Assembly: GCA_951406725.2 (NCBI GenBank) | Contig: OX597823.1 | Span: 36,952,001-37,016,000, forward strand | Direction of reading: 5' to 3' | DNA length: 64,000 bases | From: Octopus vulgaris | Taxonomy: Eukaryota | Shown: piece after piece, positions 26,873 to 43,587 of the stretch | Position numbering within the stretch: position 1 is the first letter of the stretch | Layout of the letters: each line of letters starts with the position of its first letter | Made by a program: the position numbers and the translations under genes | The notes under the pieces: model-generated | Seen by the model: only the letters and a program-made list of their open reading frames with translations | What the model was told of the DNA's origin: nothing | Databases searched by the model: none

Positions 26873-26959
26873 ATATATATATATATATATGTATGTATAA
26901 AAAAGTCTGGCCGCCCCAGTTGTGGGACTTGCATCTATCTTATTGAAGATACAACATAC

Positions 26960-27297
26960 AAATACAAATCAGGATATATTTTTACCGTAAAAATCACTTT
27001 ATATGTTTTTCAAGGAATTTAATATACCTATCAAATGTTGAGGATGTAATAAAGGTTACATAGATTAACAAAGCTCACTCTAAGAAATAGATTGAACATT
27101 CACCGACAACAAATACGAAATCTCAGTACGAGACAGATTCCACTGAGTGGACACATAGACATATGTGCAAAATAAAAGTTCTCCAAATTCCACGTCTTCC
27201 ACTCTACCTATGTTCGGTGGATACCACAGATGAAGCAGAGATAAACAAAGAGAATACGTTCATATAAATGTACAAACCCAGACTTAACAACCTTTAA
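26960..27297 (+). mobile_element. PLE GIY-YIG fragment (family of 289-1340)
   Basis: ...LRNRLNIHRQQIR...IPLSGHIDICA...NKENTFI*MYKPRLN. Confidence 0.75.
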
Positions 27298-27929
27298 CAA
27301 AGTGCATACACAAAAAATAATTATTCACACGTAAAACTCATTCTGCGGTTTAACATGAGGAATATACTCAGCTAACAACCTAAACTTTCACCACTGGACT
27401 ACATGCAAACGGTTCCTATCTACTCTCCAACCAGATAGATCAAATTTGGAGAGCCTTGATTATAACAATGCACACATGGAAACGTGATGCAACATACTCC
27501 AACCTATGAAAACGACGGCACACAATTTCCAAGCATCCAACAATGATGTTCCTACACTATACGGGTTACGCAAAGACCACAAACCCTACATAAACCCTGT
27601 CATGGGGCCCCCAACCAGACCAGTTTGCGGATAGGACATCTCCAGCAACTATAGACTGTCCTACTTCCTCTCACAGGTGTCTCCAGATGTCTGTGTGAGC
27701 ATAGAAGATCCCCTCAGTAAACAACCGGAATTTGAACGCAGAATATAAAGACGGATGAAATGCCGCTAAGCATTTTGCCCGGCGTACTAACTATTTTGCT
27801 TGCTCACCGCGTTAAGTCAGCTCACCGAACAACACAAGATCAGTCTCCTGACTCGGAACTATCAAACTAATGCCATACACAATGGGGTAGACTCTGCAAT
27901 GACAAACTCAAGTTTGACTACATTGTTAC

Positions 27930-28345
27930 CATCCTATGGGATTGTGGGATGCATACAGACAAGCAAATAAATGATAAAATATAAGACATCGTCAAAAAAG
28001 ACCTTAGACGTAAATCATGCCTGTTAATTGATATGACAATGCCTACTGATTGAAACGTCTCAGCAAAAGAATTTGAAAAACTGTCGAAATATAAGGACCT
28101 TGAGATTGAGATATCTGGGACGTGGCAATAAAAAAACTAAAACCATCTCTGTTGTTGTAAGTGCTCTGGGAGTGATCAAGAAAGGCAGTGACAAATTTTT
28201 TGACCAGATCCCTGGAAAACTAACAATCTATGAGACACCAAAAATTGTGTTGACATCAACCGCCTACATTCTCAGGATGTTTTTCTCCATCTGATATATA
28301 CGTGCCTTAGGGCTCTGGTTGAGACCAGGTCGAAAAATGAAATAA
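27930..28345 (+). mobile_element. R4/Dong-type LINE 3' end (RLE nuclease)
   Basis: ILWD..MHTDK...CLLIDMTMP...EKLSKYKDLEIE...VVVSALG...TAYILR, followed by (AAC/AAT)n. Confidence 0.85.
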
Positions 28346-28886
28346 AATGCAATTCAATCGGAAAATAACAACAACAACAACAACAACAACAACAATAATA
28401 ATGATGATGATGATAATAATAATATACCAGCACCACTACCTAAACTATTTTATGTATGATGAATATCTCCATATTATGTCTAATCAGATATGTTTTCCAT
28501 GTTGTTGCTCAGGAAGCTTCTATAAGTAGTTCGTATCTAGTCTCTATCTTCACGCTATGATAATTTATGCAACTTCTACTGGAGAGATAATACACCTCAC
28601 CTAATAGTCTATTGCATGCGTATCTATTAAGACCAGCGTTTTTATATTATTAGATTATCTAACGAGTATCTATAAACTGTGAATATATGTCAGCAAATAT
28701 AAACTGAGATATCTGCTAAATGGAATTTTCAGGTTTTATTTCATGTATCACGAATATACTGTCAGGTTAGGTTACATAATCTACTTCAGGAAAGTATTGT
28801 CTTATAGCTAAGCTTTAAAAGTTCAAATTCCGCCATTTTCGTTTTTACGAGAACCGATAAAAATATGCACTGATATAATTTTATTA

Positions 28887-30098
28887 TCAGGTCATCTCAT
28901 AAGTTCTGTGCGAATTTTGAATAAAGAAAACAAGTGACCAAATGTTATATTCAATTGAAATTTAAACATCAATGTATTTTCCCTGATTATCTATGACTTA
29001 CTTCCATCTATTTACAAGCTTTTTAATCCCATCAATATAAAACTCTTGGTTTCAAAGCGAAGAACTCTGAAATGTGAGTTTCGACCCCCTCCTCGCTTGC
29101 GAAAGTTATATCCCCCAAATGATTCTGTAAACTACGAAACAAATGGTAGTCTGAAGGAGCAAGGTCAGGAGAATAAGGTGGATGGGGAATTTTTCCCAAC
29201 CAAGCCCTTCGATCTTCTGTGATGTGATCTTTGTAGTGTGGTGTCGCGCATTGTCCTGATGAAACATTACTCTTTTTCGATTCACTAAAGCGGGTCTTCT
29301 TTCTTCAAAGCTTGGTTCAAACGCTCTAATTGCTGACTGTAGACTTGAGCATTGATTGTTGCATTGGGTGGCAGCAATTCAAAGTGAATTACTCCTTTGC
29401 AATCCCACCAGAGAGAGAGAAGAACCTTTTCCCATGAAGTTCCCTTCTCGGTTGCGGTTGAACTTTTTCCCTTTTACCAAGCCACTGTTTACGACGTTTA
29501 ACATTTCGATAGAAGATCCATTTTTCGTCACTAGTAACAAGTCTATCCAAAAAGGGGGAAATGAGTTCGCGAGAATGGAGAGATGAGCAGATGTTAACTC
29601 GGTGTCTGCGGTTGTTTTCGAACAATTCACGAGGCACCCATTTTCCAAGTTTAGAAACCTTTCCAAGTTGTTGAAGATGACTATGAACAGTTGTATGGTT
29701 TGAACTAAGCTTTATTGCCAATTCTTCAACTGATAATGCAGGATTTTCTTCAAGTAATGCCTCAAGGAGCTTATCATTAAACTCAACTGTTCGATCTTCA
29801 TCATCAAGGCTGAAATCTCCACTTCTGCAAGTTCTTTCATTCAAGCATTCTTTCCCATAAACTGAGTGTATGTTTCGAATCGCTTCGGCTGCAATTTCCT
29901 TTTTTGTACTCATAAAGCATTATGCGCCTTAAATGCTCTATGGATACTTCCATGTTAGAAAGGGTTTTAATCAAAGAAATTTTAATTCTATTAATGCATA
30001 AAAATAATTTTTAATTCCATTAGACATTCCAAAATACTATTAAATTCCATTCAATTTTAAAAAAGGTAAAATCGGACAGAACTTATGGAATGACCTGA
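28887..30098 (-). mobile_element. Mariner (DD34D) transposon, full length, decayed
   Basis: TIRs tcaggtcat..cataagttctgt flanked by TA; WVPRELF, VTSDEKW, HQDNARHH, HPPYSPDLAPSDYHLF motifs. Confidence 0.95.
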
Positions 30099-30436
30099 TA
30101 GTTTACATAGTCTTCTCCCTTCAAGAAACAAACATTCTGCTTTGACGTTCCAACACAATATTGGAATATTCTTTTTCTTCTCTTTGTTGTTTTCAGACAT
30201 TAGACTGCACCCATATTACAGCACCGCTTTCAAGGATATCAAAGGTATAGTCGTTTATATCGAAACTAGCATTTTATTGGTACCTATTTTAGTGAATCCG
30301 GAAGGCTGAATGACAAAGTTAACCCAGGAAGGATTTGAAGAACGCAGAACATTAATAAACACGAATATACACGACAAAGTACGGCACTCTAACAATTCTG
30401 CCATTTTCTAACGGTAAATTTTCTATGAGTACTTTT

Positions 30437-30498
<62 letters not shown>

Positions 30499-30501
<3 letters not shown>

Positions 30502-30725
30502 TCAATTCCTCTTAATTGCATATCATTGATTCCAAAAAAATTTATGCAATTAACTGGAGTGTGCAATTAAAAATATCTCATTGTCGGGTACAAATTCCGT
30601 GATATGAAATATTGTCAATAGTAATATGACTGCCGTTACACATATATGAATGCTAATATAAAAGTATGTTGATGTAAAGATTTTTAATATATTTCACCCA
30701 GTCTCATCAATAATTTAATTGATTG

Positions 30726-30770
<45 letters not shown>

Positions 30771-31452
30771 CGCGCGCGTGTATCCATACAATAATCGTTT
30801 GACTTCAGCCCTACCAGGTATTTCAGCTTCCAAGATATTCCTCAATTAAGCAAAATTAGCCAAATACAGACTGAGAAAAATTTTCATAAATTTTAAATTA
30901 ATGATACTACGCTTTGATCTTTGCCAAAGAGTCTTTGTAACAATCAAAATTATGAAGGTTAAGAAACATTTAATTGGCTAATTAATTGATAATCGATAGG
31001 GAATCAATAAATAAATATCTATTAAATGTTTGCTTAAAAACCTGTCGCTTTACAGATTTTATCTTCGATGAAGATCTATTTTGTGAAGAAATTTGTTTTA
31101 CAGTTAAAAAAAAAACAGTCAGAAGAAATTATATCGGAATCTGAATTTCGAGAGTTTTTTGGAATAATAAGAATAACTTTAATATATATTCGATGGTCTA
31201 TAAGCAGAAGGTAATGACTTCTGGCGTTTTAGCTGAAAGTCCCAGGTACACTTATTTCATACCAAGATAAGTTTTCAATATTGAAACTAATTTTCGCCAG
31301 TTTTTCACTCGAAAAAAAAATATATATTCAATAAACTGACTTAATTTGCATTTGTAATTAACCAATCAATTTTACTATACACACATTTAACGCTTATTGT
31401 GTAAGTAACCAATTTATGCATAATCCAGTATGCAATTAAGCAGAATCAACTG
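30499..31452. mobile_element. pogo/Tigger-like non-autonomous element (MITE)
   Basis: TA-flanked TIRs cagtcaattcctcttaattgcata / tatgcaattaagcagaatcaactg. Confidence 0.75.
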
Positions 31453-31931
31453 TACCACAACACAGAGCGGTTTTTGGCAGCCAGGTCATTGTTCTCATAA
31501 ATTCTATTCCGTTTGAAATTAAGGAATCTTCTAAATTATCACTATATTGTTGATCTAAGACTACTGGCAAAGTACAGATGGAAGAGCTCAAACAAATTGC
31601 TGTAGTGTATTTTGCAATGCTCCTTATATGCGGCAGTCGAAATACACACATTTAAAAGCTTTTGTAAAATTACTTGACGCAGATATGACCGACTACGAAA
31701 GCCAAAAGAAGAGTACGTTATAAGAATTTTGAATCCGAAACCGAACTGGAAATAGCTAACTCCATTACACAAAAACAAAATAACATCCTCTATATGCATT
31801 GGCCCGGAATGCGTGTGTTTCAAAAGTTGAAAAACAAAATACACGCTACACACAAACTTATTCCATAAAGATTAATGACATTCTGTTAAAGAATATTTTA
31901 AAATAGCAAATAATTTTTTAAAAATATTTTC

Positions 31932-32240
<309 letters not shown>

Positions 32241-32806
32241 AATATGTGCGTGGGTGAGGAAAGGGCATAGGGGATCTAGATTCTGGGTACCTTGATGCCA
32301 CTGTTAATGTAATGCCAAAAAGGTTGGGAGAGTTCTAGCTTAACACACGCACCAACGGCATACGTTTCGCATTTAGTAATAATCGTTTAATTGGTGGCGA
32401 GGTTAAGTGAGTGCTTCTACCACATAACTTGAGTAATAGCCATTGTGTATAGGCAGAATGAGGTTGTGTACCACACCTCTCACTCTGTATCAACAACAAT
32501 CTGTCTGTCAGTCTATATGTCTGTCCTCAGGGTCGCTCTTATCACGGCTGTATACTTTGGGTGTTATTTTATATGTGTATACACATCTGTGGCTATCAAT
32601 ATCAATGTGTGAGCGGAAACATGCATGTGTGTGTATATGTGTACCTCTATATATACATGCCTGTATATGCAGGGCGACGTGTATACGTATGTGTGTGTGT
32701 GTGTGTGCGTCTATCTGTATACATATGATTATACACACAAGCACGCACGCAGACTAACACACACACACACACACACAAATATATACATACATACATACAT
32801 ATATAC

Positions 32807-32863
<57 letters not shown>

Positions 32864-33147
32864 GAAGTCTGAGTGTTTCTGTGTAAGTGTATGTGTATTC
32901 GTGTATGTGTATGCTGATGTGCATATCTGTACTTTCGTGTACAATGTACTTCAGTGTATCAAGATGTCTGTATCTACGTATATATATATATATATCTCAT
33001 GGTATGCGTGTGTTTGTGTGTGTGTATGTGTTTTTGCTAAATGATTCTCTGCACTCATGTCACTTTATATCTAAGCAGAAATTATAAACAAATATTTTAA
33101 ACATCCCATCGCGCACGTGCATATGTGTAACCAGGTGTAGGTGATTC

Positions 33148-33190
<43 letters not shown>

Positions 33191-33577
33191 GAAGGTGTGC
33201 GGTGAGAAGGAGGTAGCTGCGTGCATCTGTTTATTAGAGGCAGAGTGCATGTGTTTATGAAAGGCAGCGGTAAGCAGAGAAATATTTCTATCAACAGGAA
33301 GTACAGTATTCCACAGTTGGGCTAGTCTTCTGATGACTAGGTGTGTGTGTATGTATGTGTGCGTGGGTGTGTGTGTGCGCGTCTGCGTGCGTGTATAGTA
33401 TATATGTAAACACGCATAATTATATATGCTATAGATATTATAATCATATATTTGTGTATGTTTCTCTGTGTGTACGTCTACACATGTAAACGTACAAACA
33501 CACACACACACACTAACACACATATACATACAACCATATATACATGTATATATACATAATATATACATACATATATA

Positions 33578-33640
<63 letters not shown>

Positions 33641-33641
33641 T

Positions 33642-33710
<69 letters not shown>

Positions 33711-33717
33711 TTATATA

Positions 33718-34465
33718 CAAGAGAAGCTTGGATTTAGTCATTCTACCATTCATCGATACCTGCGTGTCATCGAAAAAGTCAGCAAATTGGGTCAATGTGT
33801 TCCTCACAAACTTCCCGAGTCTAATCGCGAGCAGAAGGTGAATGTGTGGGCTTCTTTGTTGTCACGTTTCACGAATGAACCACTTTTAGACCGAATAGTG
33901 ACTGATGACGAGAAATAGATATGAAAGTGTCAAGCGCCGAAGACAGGGCGTAGGGAAAGGAGAAACATCAGCACCCTAGGCGAGAGAAAGTCTTCATCCA
34001 GTTATGGTGTTGCTATATGTTTGATGAGATATGAAAAATTTAGTCCACTTTGAACTTTTAAATCCAAACCAAACGATAAGAAGAGAGATCTACTGCGAAC
34101 AGCTTGAGCGGCTTAAATCAGCGCTAGACCATCAAGCGACTATCTTTGGTTTCAAGACGAAAAGTACTCTTCCATCAGGATAATGCTCGGCTACATACAG
34201 CCGAAAACAATACCACACCCACTATATTCGCCGGACATCCCCCCATCTGATTATGATTTATTCCGCAGTCTTCAAAATTATTTGGGAGGAAAAAATATGA
34301 ATTATGTAGACGAGTTCAGAACAGTACTGGAAGAGTATTTTTCGTGACGGACAAGTGAATTTTGGAAGAGGTCCTTGCAAGTCTACCAGATAGATAGAAG
34401 ATAGAAAATGAAAGAGAGTATATTAGATTATAAAAGAACTCTTTATCTAAATCTTGAAAAGAAAA
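33718..34465 (+). mobile_element. Mariner transposase 3' fragment
   Basis: [10 protein letters not shown]...IVTDDEK*...HQDNARLH...YSPDIPPSDYDLFRSLQN. Confidence 0.88.
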
Positions 34466-34602
34466 AGTATATATATATAATATATATATTGATAAAAATG
34501 GCAAGACAACAAAAGAATGAAAGAGACCTCGATATTACGTAAATAGTGGAATTTATCTGTGAGTTTTATCATGGCTACCGAATAATTGTCACATATTTCA
34601 TT

Positions 34603-34753
<151 letters not shown>

Positions 34754-34814
34754 AAGAAGCAGCTCAGTAATATAAGCGTTTTCATTATAACATACATTAA
34801 CTATGTAATATTGA

Positions 34815-35017
34815 TTTCAAATTTAGGTACCAAGCCACCAATTTCGGCGGAGTGGATAAGTCAATTTCATCGACTCCAGTGCTGAACAGGTACGTCCAAA
34901 AGGACGAAAAAGGTAAAATCGACTTCGGCGGAATTTGGACTCGGGACGTAAAGGCGGACGAAATACCGCTAAGAATTTTGTCCGGCGTCACAGTGATTTT
35001 TCCAGCTCTCCGCCTTA
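34815..35017 (-). mobile_element. SINE family A
   Basis: Reverse complement of the family A consensus. Confidence 0.8.
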
Positions 35018-35045
35018 ATTAACCATGTAATATTCATAGTGCTTA

Positions 35046-35130
35046 TAGGCGTAGGTGTGGTTGTGTGGTAAGAAACTTGCTTCCCAACCACATGGTTCCG
35101 GATTTAGTCCCACTGTATGGTACCTTGGGC
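35046..35130 (+). mobile_element. SINE family B head
   Basis: taggcgtaggtgtggttgtgtggtaag...ggtaccttgggc. Confidence 0.8.
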
Positions 35131-35214
35131 ATATATGTATATGTGTGTGTCTGCGTCTTCGTGTATGTGTTTATCTCCCATCACAATCCGTCGCCGTCGT
35201 AGGATTACACAATG

Positions 35215-35347
35215 TTGCTAGATGAGTTGACTGGAGCAACGTGAAATGTTTTGCTCAAGAAAACAACGCATCGCCCGGTACAGGAATCGAAACCACAATA
35301 TTACGATCATGGGTGCAACACTCTAACCTCTAAACCATGCGCCTCCA
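35215..35347 (-). mobile_element. SINE family C head
   Basis: Minus strand ggaggcgcatggtttagaggttagag...ggtttcgattcctgtaccgggcgatgcgttg. Confidence 0.75.
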
Positions 35348-35349
35348 CA

Positions 35350-35388
<39 letters not shown>

Positions 35389-35441
35389 ACATCTATACGT
35401 AATTAAATACATACATATACACCATGCACACGCACATGCAA

Positions 35442-35473
<32 letters not shown>

Positions 35474-35618
35474 ATGCATACATGCATACATGCATACATA
35501 CATACATACATACATACATACATACATACATACATACATACATACATACATACATACATACATACATACATACATGGGTATGTACCGATGCGCTTACGCA
35601 GATCTTTATATGTATGTG

Positions 35619-36030
35619 TTTAGATAGGATACAAAATAGGGAGTGAAGTGGAGGAAAGAAAATAGATGTAAGATATGTAGGGATGGGTCCTTCCAAATAT
35701 AGAGTTTATACACAATGTAAGATTCCAATACGTTATGAGTGAGATCCAGCAGTTGGATTTTGCTCATAAGGTATTGGAATCTTACATATATACCATTCTG
35801 TCTAAAAAATGGATCTACAAATTCAATATCCCTACATAGCTTACATCTATCTTCTTTCCTCCACCTCACTCTCTATTTTGTATCCTATCTAAATTAACTG
35901 TTACTTAACCGACTCCGACTCCGATGAAAGGATATAATTAATAAATATACTGGAAACAGCTGTAAGACCTTTTATCTATAAATGTTCTATCTAAACAGCC
36001 TTGGTTTTTTATTTCATTACGCAAAAAATT
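35619..36030 (+). mobile_element. Solo PLE pLTR fragment with snap-back inversion and hammerhead remnant
   Basis: 35762-36020 is homologous to 53035-53300; inverted repeats 35619-35684/35828-35893; hairpin 35715-35787; ccgatgaa...GAAAcagctgTAagac. Confidence 0.75.
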
Positions 36031-36048
36031 CTTATATATATATATATA

Positions 36049-37306
36049 CAGAGGTTGGACAAAATAATGGAAGCACCTTAAAATTTCAAACAAATCTATT
36101 TTAGCATGGGGTAGGACTACCTTTAGCAGTAATTACAGCTTGATTTCTACGAGGTATGGACTCGTACAAAGTTTGAATTGTTTCCAAAAGAATTTGTATC
36201 CATTCTTCAGCTAAAACAGTCTCCAGTTCTTGTAGTGATGATGGTGGACATTATCGACTCCCTACTTGTTTTTCTAAAATGCTCCATAAATGTTCAATAA
36301 TATTGAGATCTGGGGACTGTGGTGGCCAGATAAGATGTCCAACTTCATTATAATGTTCTTCGTGCCAATCAGTAACAACTTTAGCTATGTGAATTGGTGC
36401 ATTATCACCCTGAAAGATTGTGTTTGCCTCCGGAAACAGTTCCGCAGGATGAATTTGATCAAATAAAATGCTTAAATAGTTTTGACTATCAATTCTGCCA
36501 TGAAAGGAAACCTGTGGATTTCCAAAATATACCCCTCACCCCACCGCAGATCATCACAGGTCCTCCCTCACGTTTAACAGTGGGAAGAAGGCTGTTTGGG
36601 TCAAATGCTTCTTTTGGCTGTCTCCATACGTATACTCGGCCAGTGGTTGGAAATAAAGTAAAGGATGACTCAACCGAGAAAATAACATTCTTCCTCTGCT
36701 CTAGGGACCAATTTTGGAGGTTTTTACTCCACTCTAAATGCTTTGTAGCGTTTTTTTTTTAAAGTAGTGGTTTTCTGATTGCAGCCCTCTCGTGAAATCC
36801 GGCTTTGTGCAGTTACCGGCGAACAGTTTTTATGGAAACTGGGTTCTCAAGGTGGTCATTAAGCTCTGCAGTAATTTTGGGTGCTGTACTTTTGTGATCC
36901 TTTCTAACAATTAGCGTAAGTGTCCGGCTGAAAGTTATGGTTTTCTTCCGGAGTTTTGTTCCGACGAGGAGGTTTTTCCCTCTTTCTCAAAGGCTGTCAT
37001 TACTTTCAAGACAGTACTTCTTGATACATCAAACATTTCGGCTGTGTTCGCTGTGCTAGCGCCTACTGTACGAGTACCAACAATATGACCTCTTTGAAAG
37101 TCAGATAGATCTGTCATTTTAATGAATTTTAATTACTTTTTTCTGATGATATCTGAGAAGAAACTGCAATTTTACCAAAACATATTAAGCAACACTAATA
37201 ATAAATCAAAAAACATAAAAATAAATACGCTTTTGACGCTTTTATAGATATTTCAAAATTATGATGGCATGACGCTAGGTGTTTTCATTATTTTGTTCAA
37301 CCCCTG
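36049..37306 (-). mobile_element. Tc1-family transposon, full length, decayed
   Basis: 30-bp TIRs cagRggttgRacaaaataatgRaaRcacct in (TA)n; MTDLSDFQRGHIVG..., QGDNAPIH, WPPQSPDLNIIEHLW. Confidence 0.95.
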
Positions 37307-37358
37307 TATATACATACATACATACATACATACATACATACATAAATACATATATATA

Positions 37359-37401
<43 letters not shown>

Positions 37402-37432
37402 AATATTAGGGAATAAATCCAAACTTACAGGG

Positions 37433-37463
<31 letters not shown>

Positions 37464-37971
37464 CAATAATAATTAATGGTAATTAATCAATTAATAATTG
37501 ATAAATTTTCCAAGTAGTTCGGTATATATAAGAACAATTATAGGTAAACGTACACGAAAATTCTATAATTATGAGCATTTAAACTGCAATTTCTAAAATT
37601 CGGTATGTGGTGAAGCAAATTTTTTCTGAATCTTAATTATAATTATGCTCATAATTATAGAATTTATATATATATATAAATCTTTTCAGTGTGCTCTGTT
37701 TAAAATTTTTTAAAAGAAAAAAGTTAGTGACATCAATTTATATTTGACCTTTGCTGTGTGAAAGATCAAATTCTGTTGTTTGTAAGCAATCTTTCGTGAA
37801 CCCTGAGAGAACGAAAACCAGCCTTATTCACGAAGAATCTAGATTGGTCACTAGGAAAACTTAGAACAATATAATTTGTGAACTGAATTTAATAGAATTG
37901 TTAAACACTTTAGTTTCAAATAATGACTGCCCCCTAAACAATAACAATTGACTGACCCCTAAACAATAACC

Positions 37972-38405
37972 CGCATGGTTCTTGGTCTCAAGCATCTGTC
38001 TTATGAAGAAAGGCTGAAGACGCTCGACCTTTATTCTCTAGAAAAACGACGACGCCGTGGTGATCTCATTCTTGCTCACAACATCATAAGCGGAAAGTGT
38101 AACCTCTCGAAAGAGCTGTTCTTCACTCCTGCTCCAGAGCGTCGGCTGCGGGGTCACTCCGAAAAGCTCTATCTGCGACGATTTCATCTCAATCGAAGGA
38201 GAGGGGCTTTCTCCGTCCGGGTTGCGGATCCGTGGAATAAGCTGCCGGACGAGATAGTGAAGATGCCGACGACCGCTCGGTTCAAAGTCTCTTGACCAGA
38301 AATGGCCTGAACTCTTTACATGAATACCCTCCCTGTACATAACTCTATGTCCCCCTACATGGCCTTGCTTTTTGCTTTTTGAGCCAAAAAATAAACTTAA
38401 CTTAA
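37972..38405 (+). mobile_element. CR1 LINE 3' end
   Basis: LSYEERLKTLDLYSLEKRRRRGDLI...RLRGHSEKL...FSVRVADPWNKLP; (CTTAA)n tail. Confidence 0.9.
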
Positions 38406-39005
38406 TTTCCCACTACATTTCTGTCAACCCATGCGCTACAAATCCATACTTAAGAGACGAGGAATTATGTACATTATTTACATTAAGTTTTTGATGGAGT
38501 TTCTCTATATGTTTCTATTGAAGTCTAATGTCGGCTCCGTACCGATTAGATAATACCCATACTTGCCTGTTATCCGTTTCTATCCTCTGTTCCTAATAAC
38601 ACTTTCTCTTGCCCATCTACACTACACTTGATTCTAATTTATATTACTTCACCAACCGTAGAACCAAAGCGACGATGGTGACGAGCTAACCAAAACTCCG
38701 AGGTCATTGTGAACTCTCCCTTTGTAAAATTAATAAATTAGTACACACATATGCTTATGCATGTGGGTGCATTCTGAACCGAACCGGGGGCAAGTTGAAT
38801 AGTTTGTCCATGACTATATGGAAAATTGTGTAAAAATCATTTGTTAGTATGCTCGAACGTTGTATGCGAAGGAATAAATTCAAATATGAATAAGAAGCAG
38901 CGCGTGTGTTGTTAACATTATTGAACACACATACACAATGAATATGTTTTTCTGGTTCACTAGTCGGCTGCGATTTGATGCAGTGGAGGTAACCCTCTCG
39001 AAGCG

Positions 39006-39073
<68 letters not shown>

Positions 39074-39324
39074 TGCTTGCTGTATACCTAGCTATAATAA
39101 AAACAATTCAACATAAAACTGAATAAATAATTATCAACACATTTTGTAGAGTAAATGTTCATTAAACATTTACAAGAAGATGGTTGACAGTGACTTTAAA
39201 GTTTGTTTAAGAGACCATAAGTCGGGGAAAAGATGCACTCGTATATCTGTCTATAGAGTGGGTATATTATCCGAAATAAGAAGAAACATGGCAGAATATT
39301 TGCTAGACAGCAGAGAAGACCACT

Positions 39325-39396
39325 ACGCCATATGGCGTAGTGGTTAAGAACGCGGCCTGCTAACCCCAAAATCCAGAGTTCGATTCTAGGCAGTGA

Positions 39397-39400
<4 letters not shown>
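39325..39400 (+). mobile_element. Short tRNA-derived SINE with (AAT)n tail
   Basis: tggcgtagtggttaag (A box), gagttcgattc (B box); acceptor stem not paired; runs into (AAT)n. Confidence 0.65.
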
Positions 39401-42197
<2,797 letters not shown>

Positions 42198-42208
42198 TGA
42201 TGATGATG

Positions 42209-42290
<82 letters not shown>

Positions 42291-42304
42291 TAACAACAAT
42301 AATA

Positions 42305-42805
42305 ATACAGATCTGCTAGCCTTAAGAAGCTATGTTACGAGCACTGTTTACATGCAGAGAACACGGAAACGGTGTTGTCTCAAAAAATTAACCCTAAACA
42401 GACAGATCCGTCTTCTAATATCAACGTCGAAACTCGTCATGCCTCACTGTTAACAAAGCAAAATACAAACCGGTATGGTCATCGACGCTATGGCGGGATT
42501 ACAAAAGATCACGTACTCGAATGTTGAACCAGACTCGGGAAGAAAAATCAGCTACTGGTTCAAATCTTCCCGACACACACGAGCTGGAAGTAACCCACAA
42601 CTGGAATATTCCAACAGATGGCCATCCATGCTCGTCATCAAATAACAAAAAGAAAAAAGAATGAAATATGGTCTAGGGAAGATAATAAAGAAGTTCTTAC
42701 GGCCTTCTACCATGCCATATATTTCCCCACAGATAAATCTAGACTCCATGTTTTTCCAGATGTTCGTACATTGACTCTGCGAGTATTCCAGTCAATAATT
42801 TTCAC
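42305..42805 (+). mobile_element. R4/Dong LINE N-terminal fragment plus a short inverted RT piece
   Basis: Plus strand RKKNEIWSREDNKEVLTAFYHA; minus strand 42805-42741 KLLTGILAESMYEHLEKHG. Confidence 0.6.
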
Positions 42806-42830
42806 ATTATTATTATTATTATTATTATTT

Positions 42831-43040
42831 AAGGCGGCGAGCTGGCAGAACCGTTAGCACGTTGGGCAAAATGCTTAGCGGTATTTCCTCTGTCTTTACG
42901 TTCCCATTTCAAATGCCGCCAGGGTCGGCTTTGTCTTTCATCCTTTCAGGGTCGATAAAGTAAGTACCAGTGAAGCACTAGGGTCGATGTAATCGACTGG
43001 TCCCCTCCCCACAAAAACTGTCAAGTCCTTCAGTAGGAAG
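42831..43040 (+). mobile_element. SINE family A
   Basis: aaggcggcgagctggcagaaccgttagc...tttcatcctttcagggtcgataaag. Confidence 0.88.
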
Positions 43041-43071
43041 GATTATTATCATTATTATTATTATTATAATA

Positions 43072-43156
<85 letters not shown>

Positions 43157-43537
43157 TTGAGTGAGAGAGAGAGAGAGAGCAGTGCATGACCATGCAGTGG
43201 GGCCCAGTTAGAATTTTCTTCAGGTCAAGTAGCCCATCCCGCTCAAAAGGTCCCTGGATAATGGTCGTTTAAGGATGTTGAACGAAACACCCATGTTTCC
43301 ACAGGTGAATTATCCAAACCCGAAAGAATTCCCTTCAACACATGTCTATGATGCTCCCCAACTACTTCTGTTTGTGATCAGAGATGCACATATCGCCAGC
43401 CATTAAGGGACATGCTCAACAGGTTAAGGCCGAACAACTGACAAGCAACTCTGTGGTATTGAGCAAAATATTTGCTGTCGACCATCTTTTATGCCAAGAC
43501 AAAACAATGTGGATTATTATTATTATTATCATTATTA

Positions 43538-43587
<50 letters not shown>

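Noticed and set aside
31560-31860. Weak inverted repeats and gaagagc...cgaaa hammerhead-like words
   Set aside because: Too degenerate; no consistent stems.
35715-35787. SECIS element
   Set aside because: The AUGA is Watson-Crick paired; no GA/GA quartet or apical AA.
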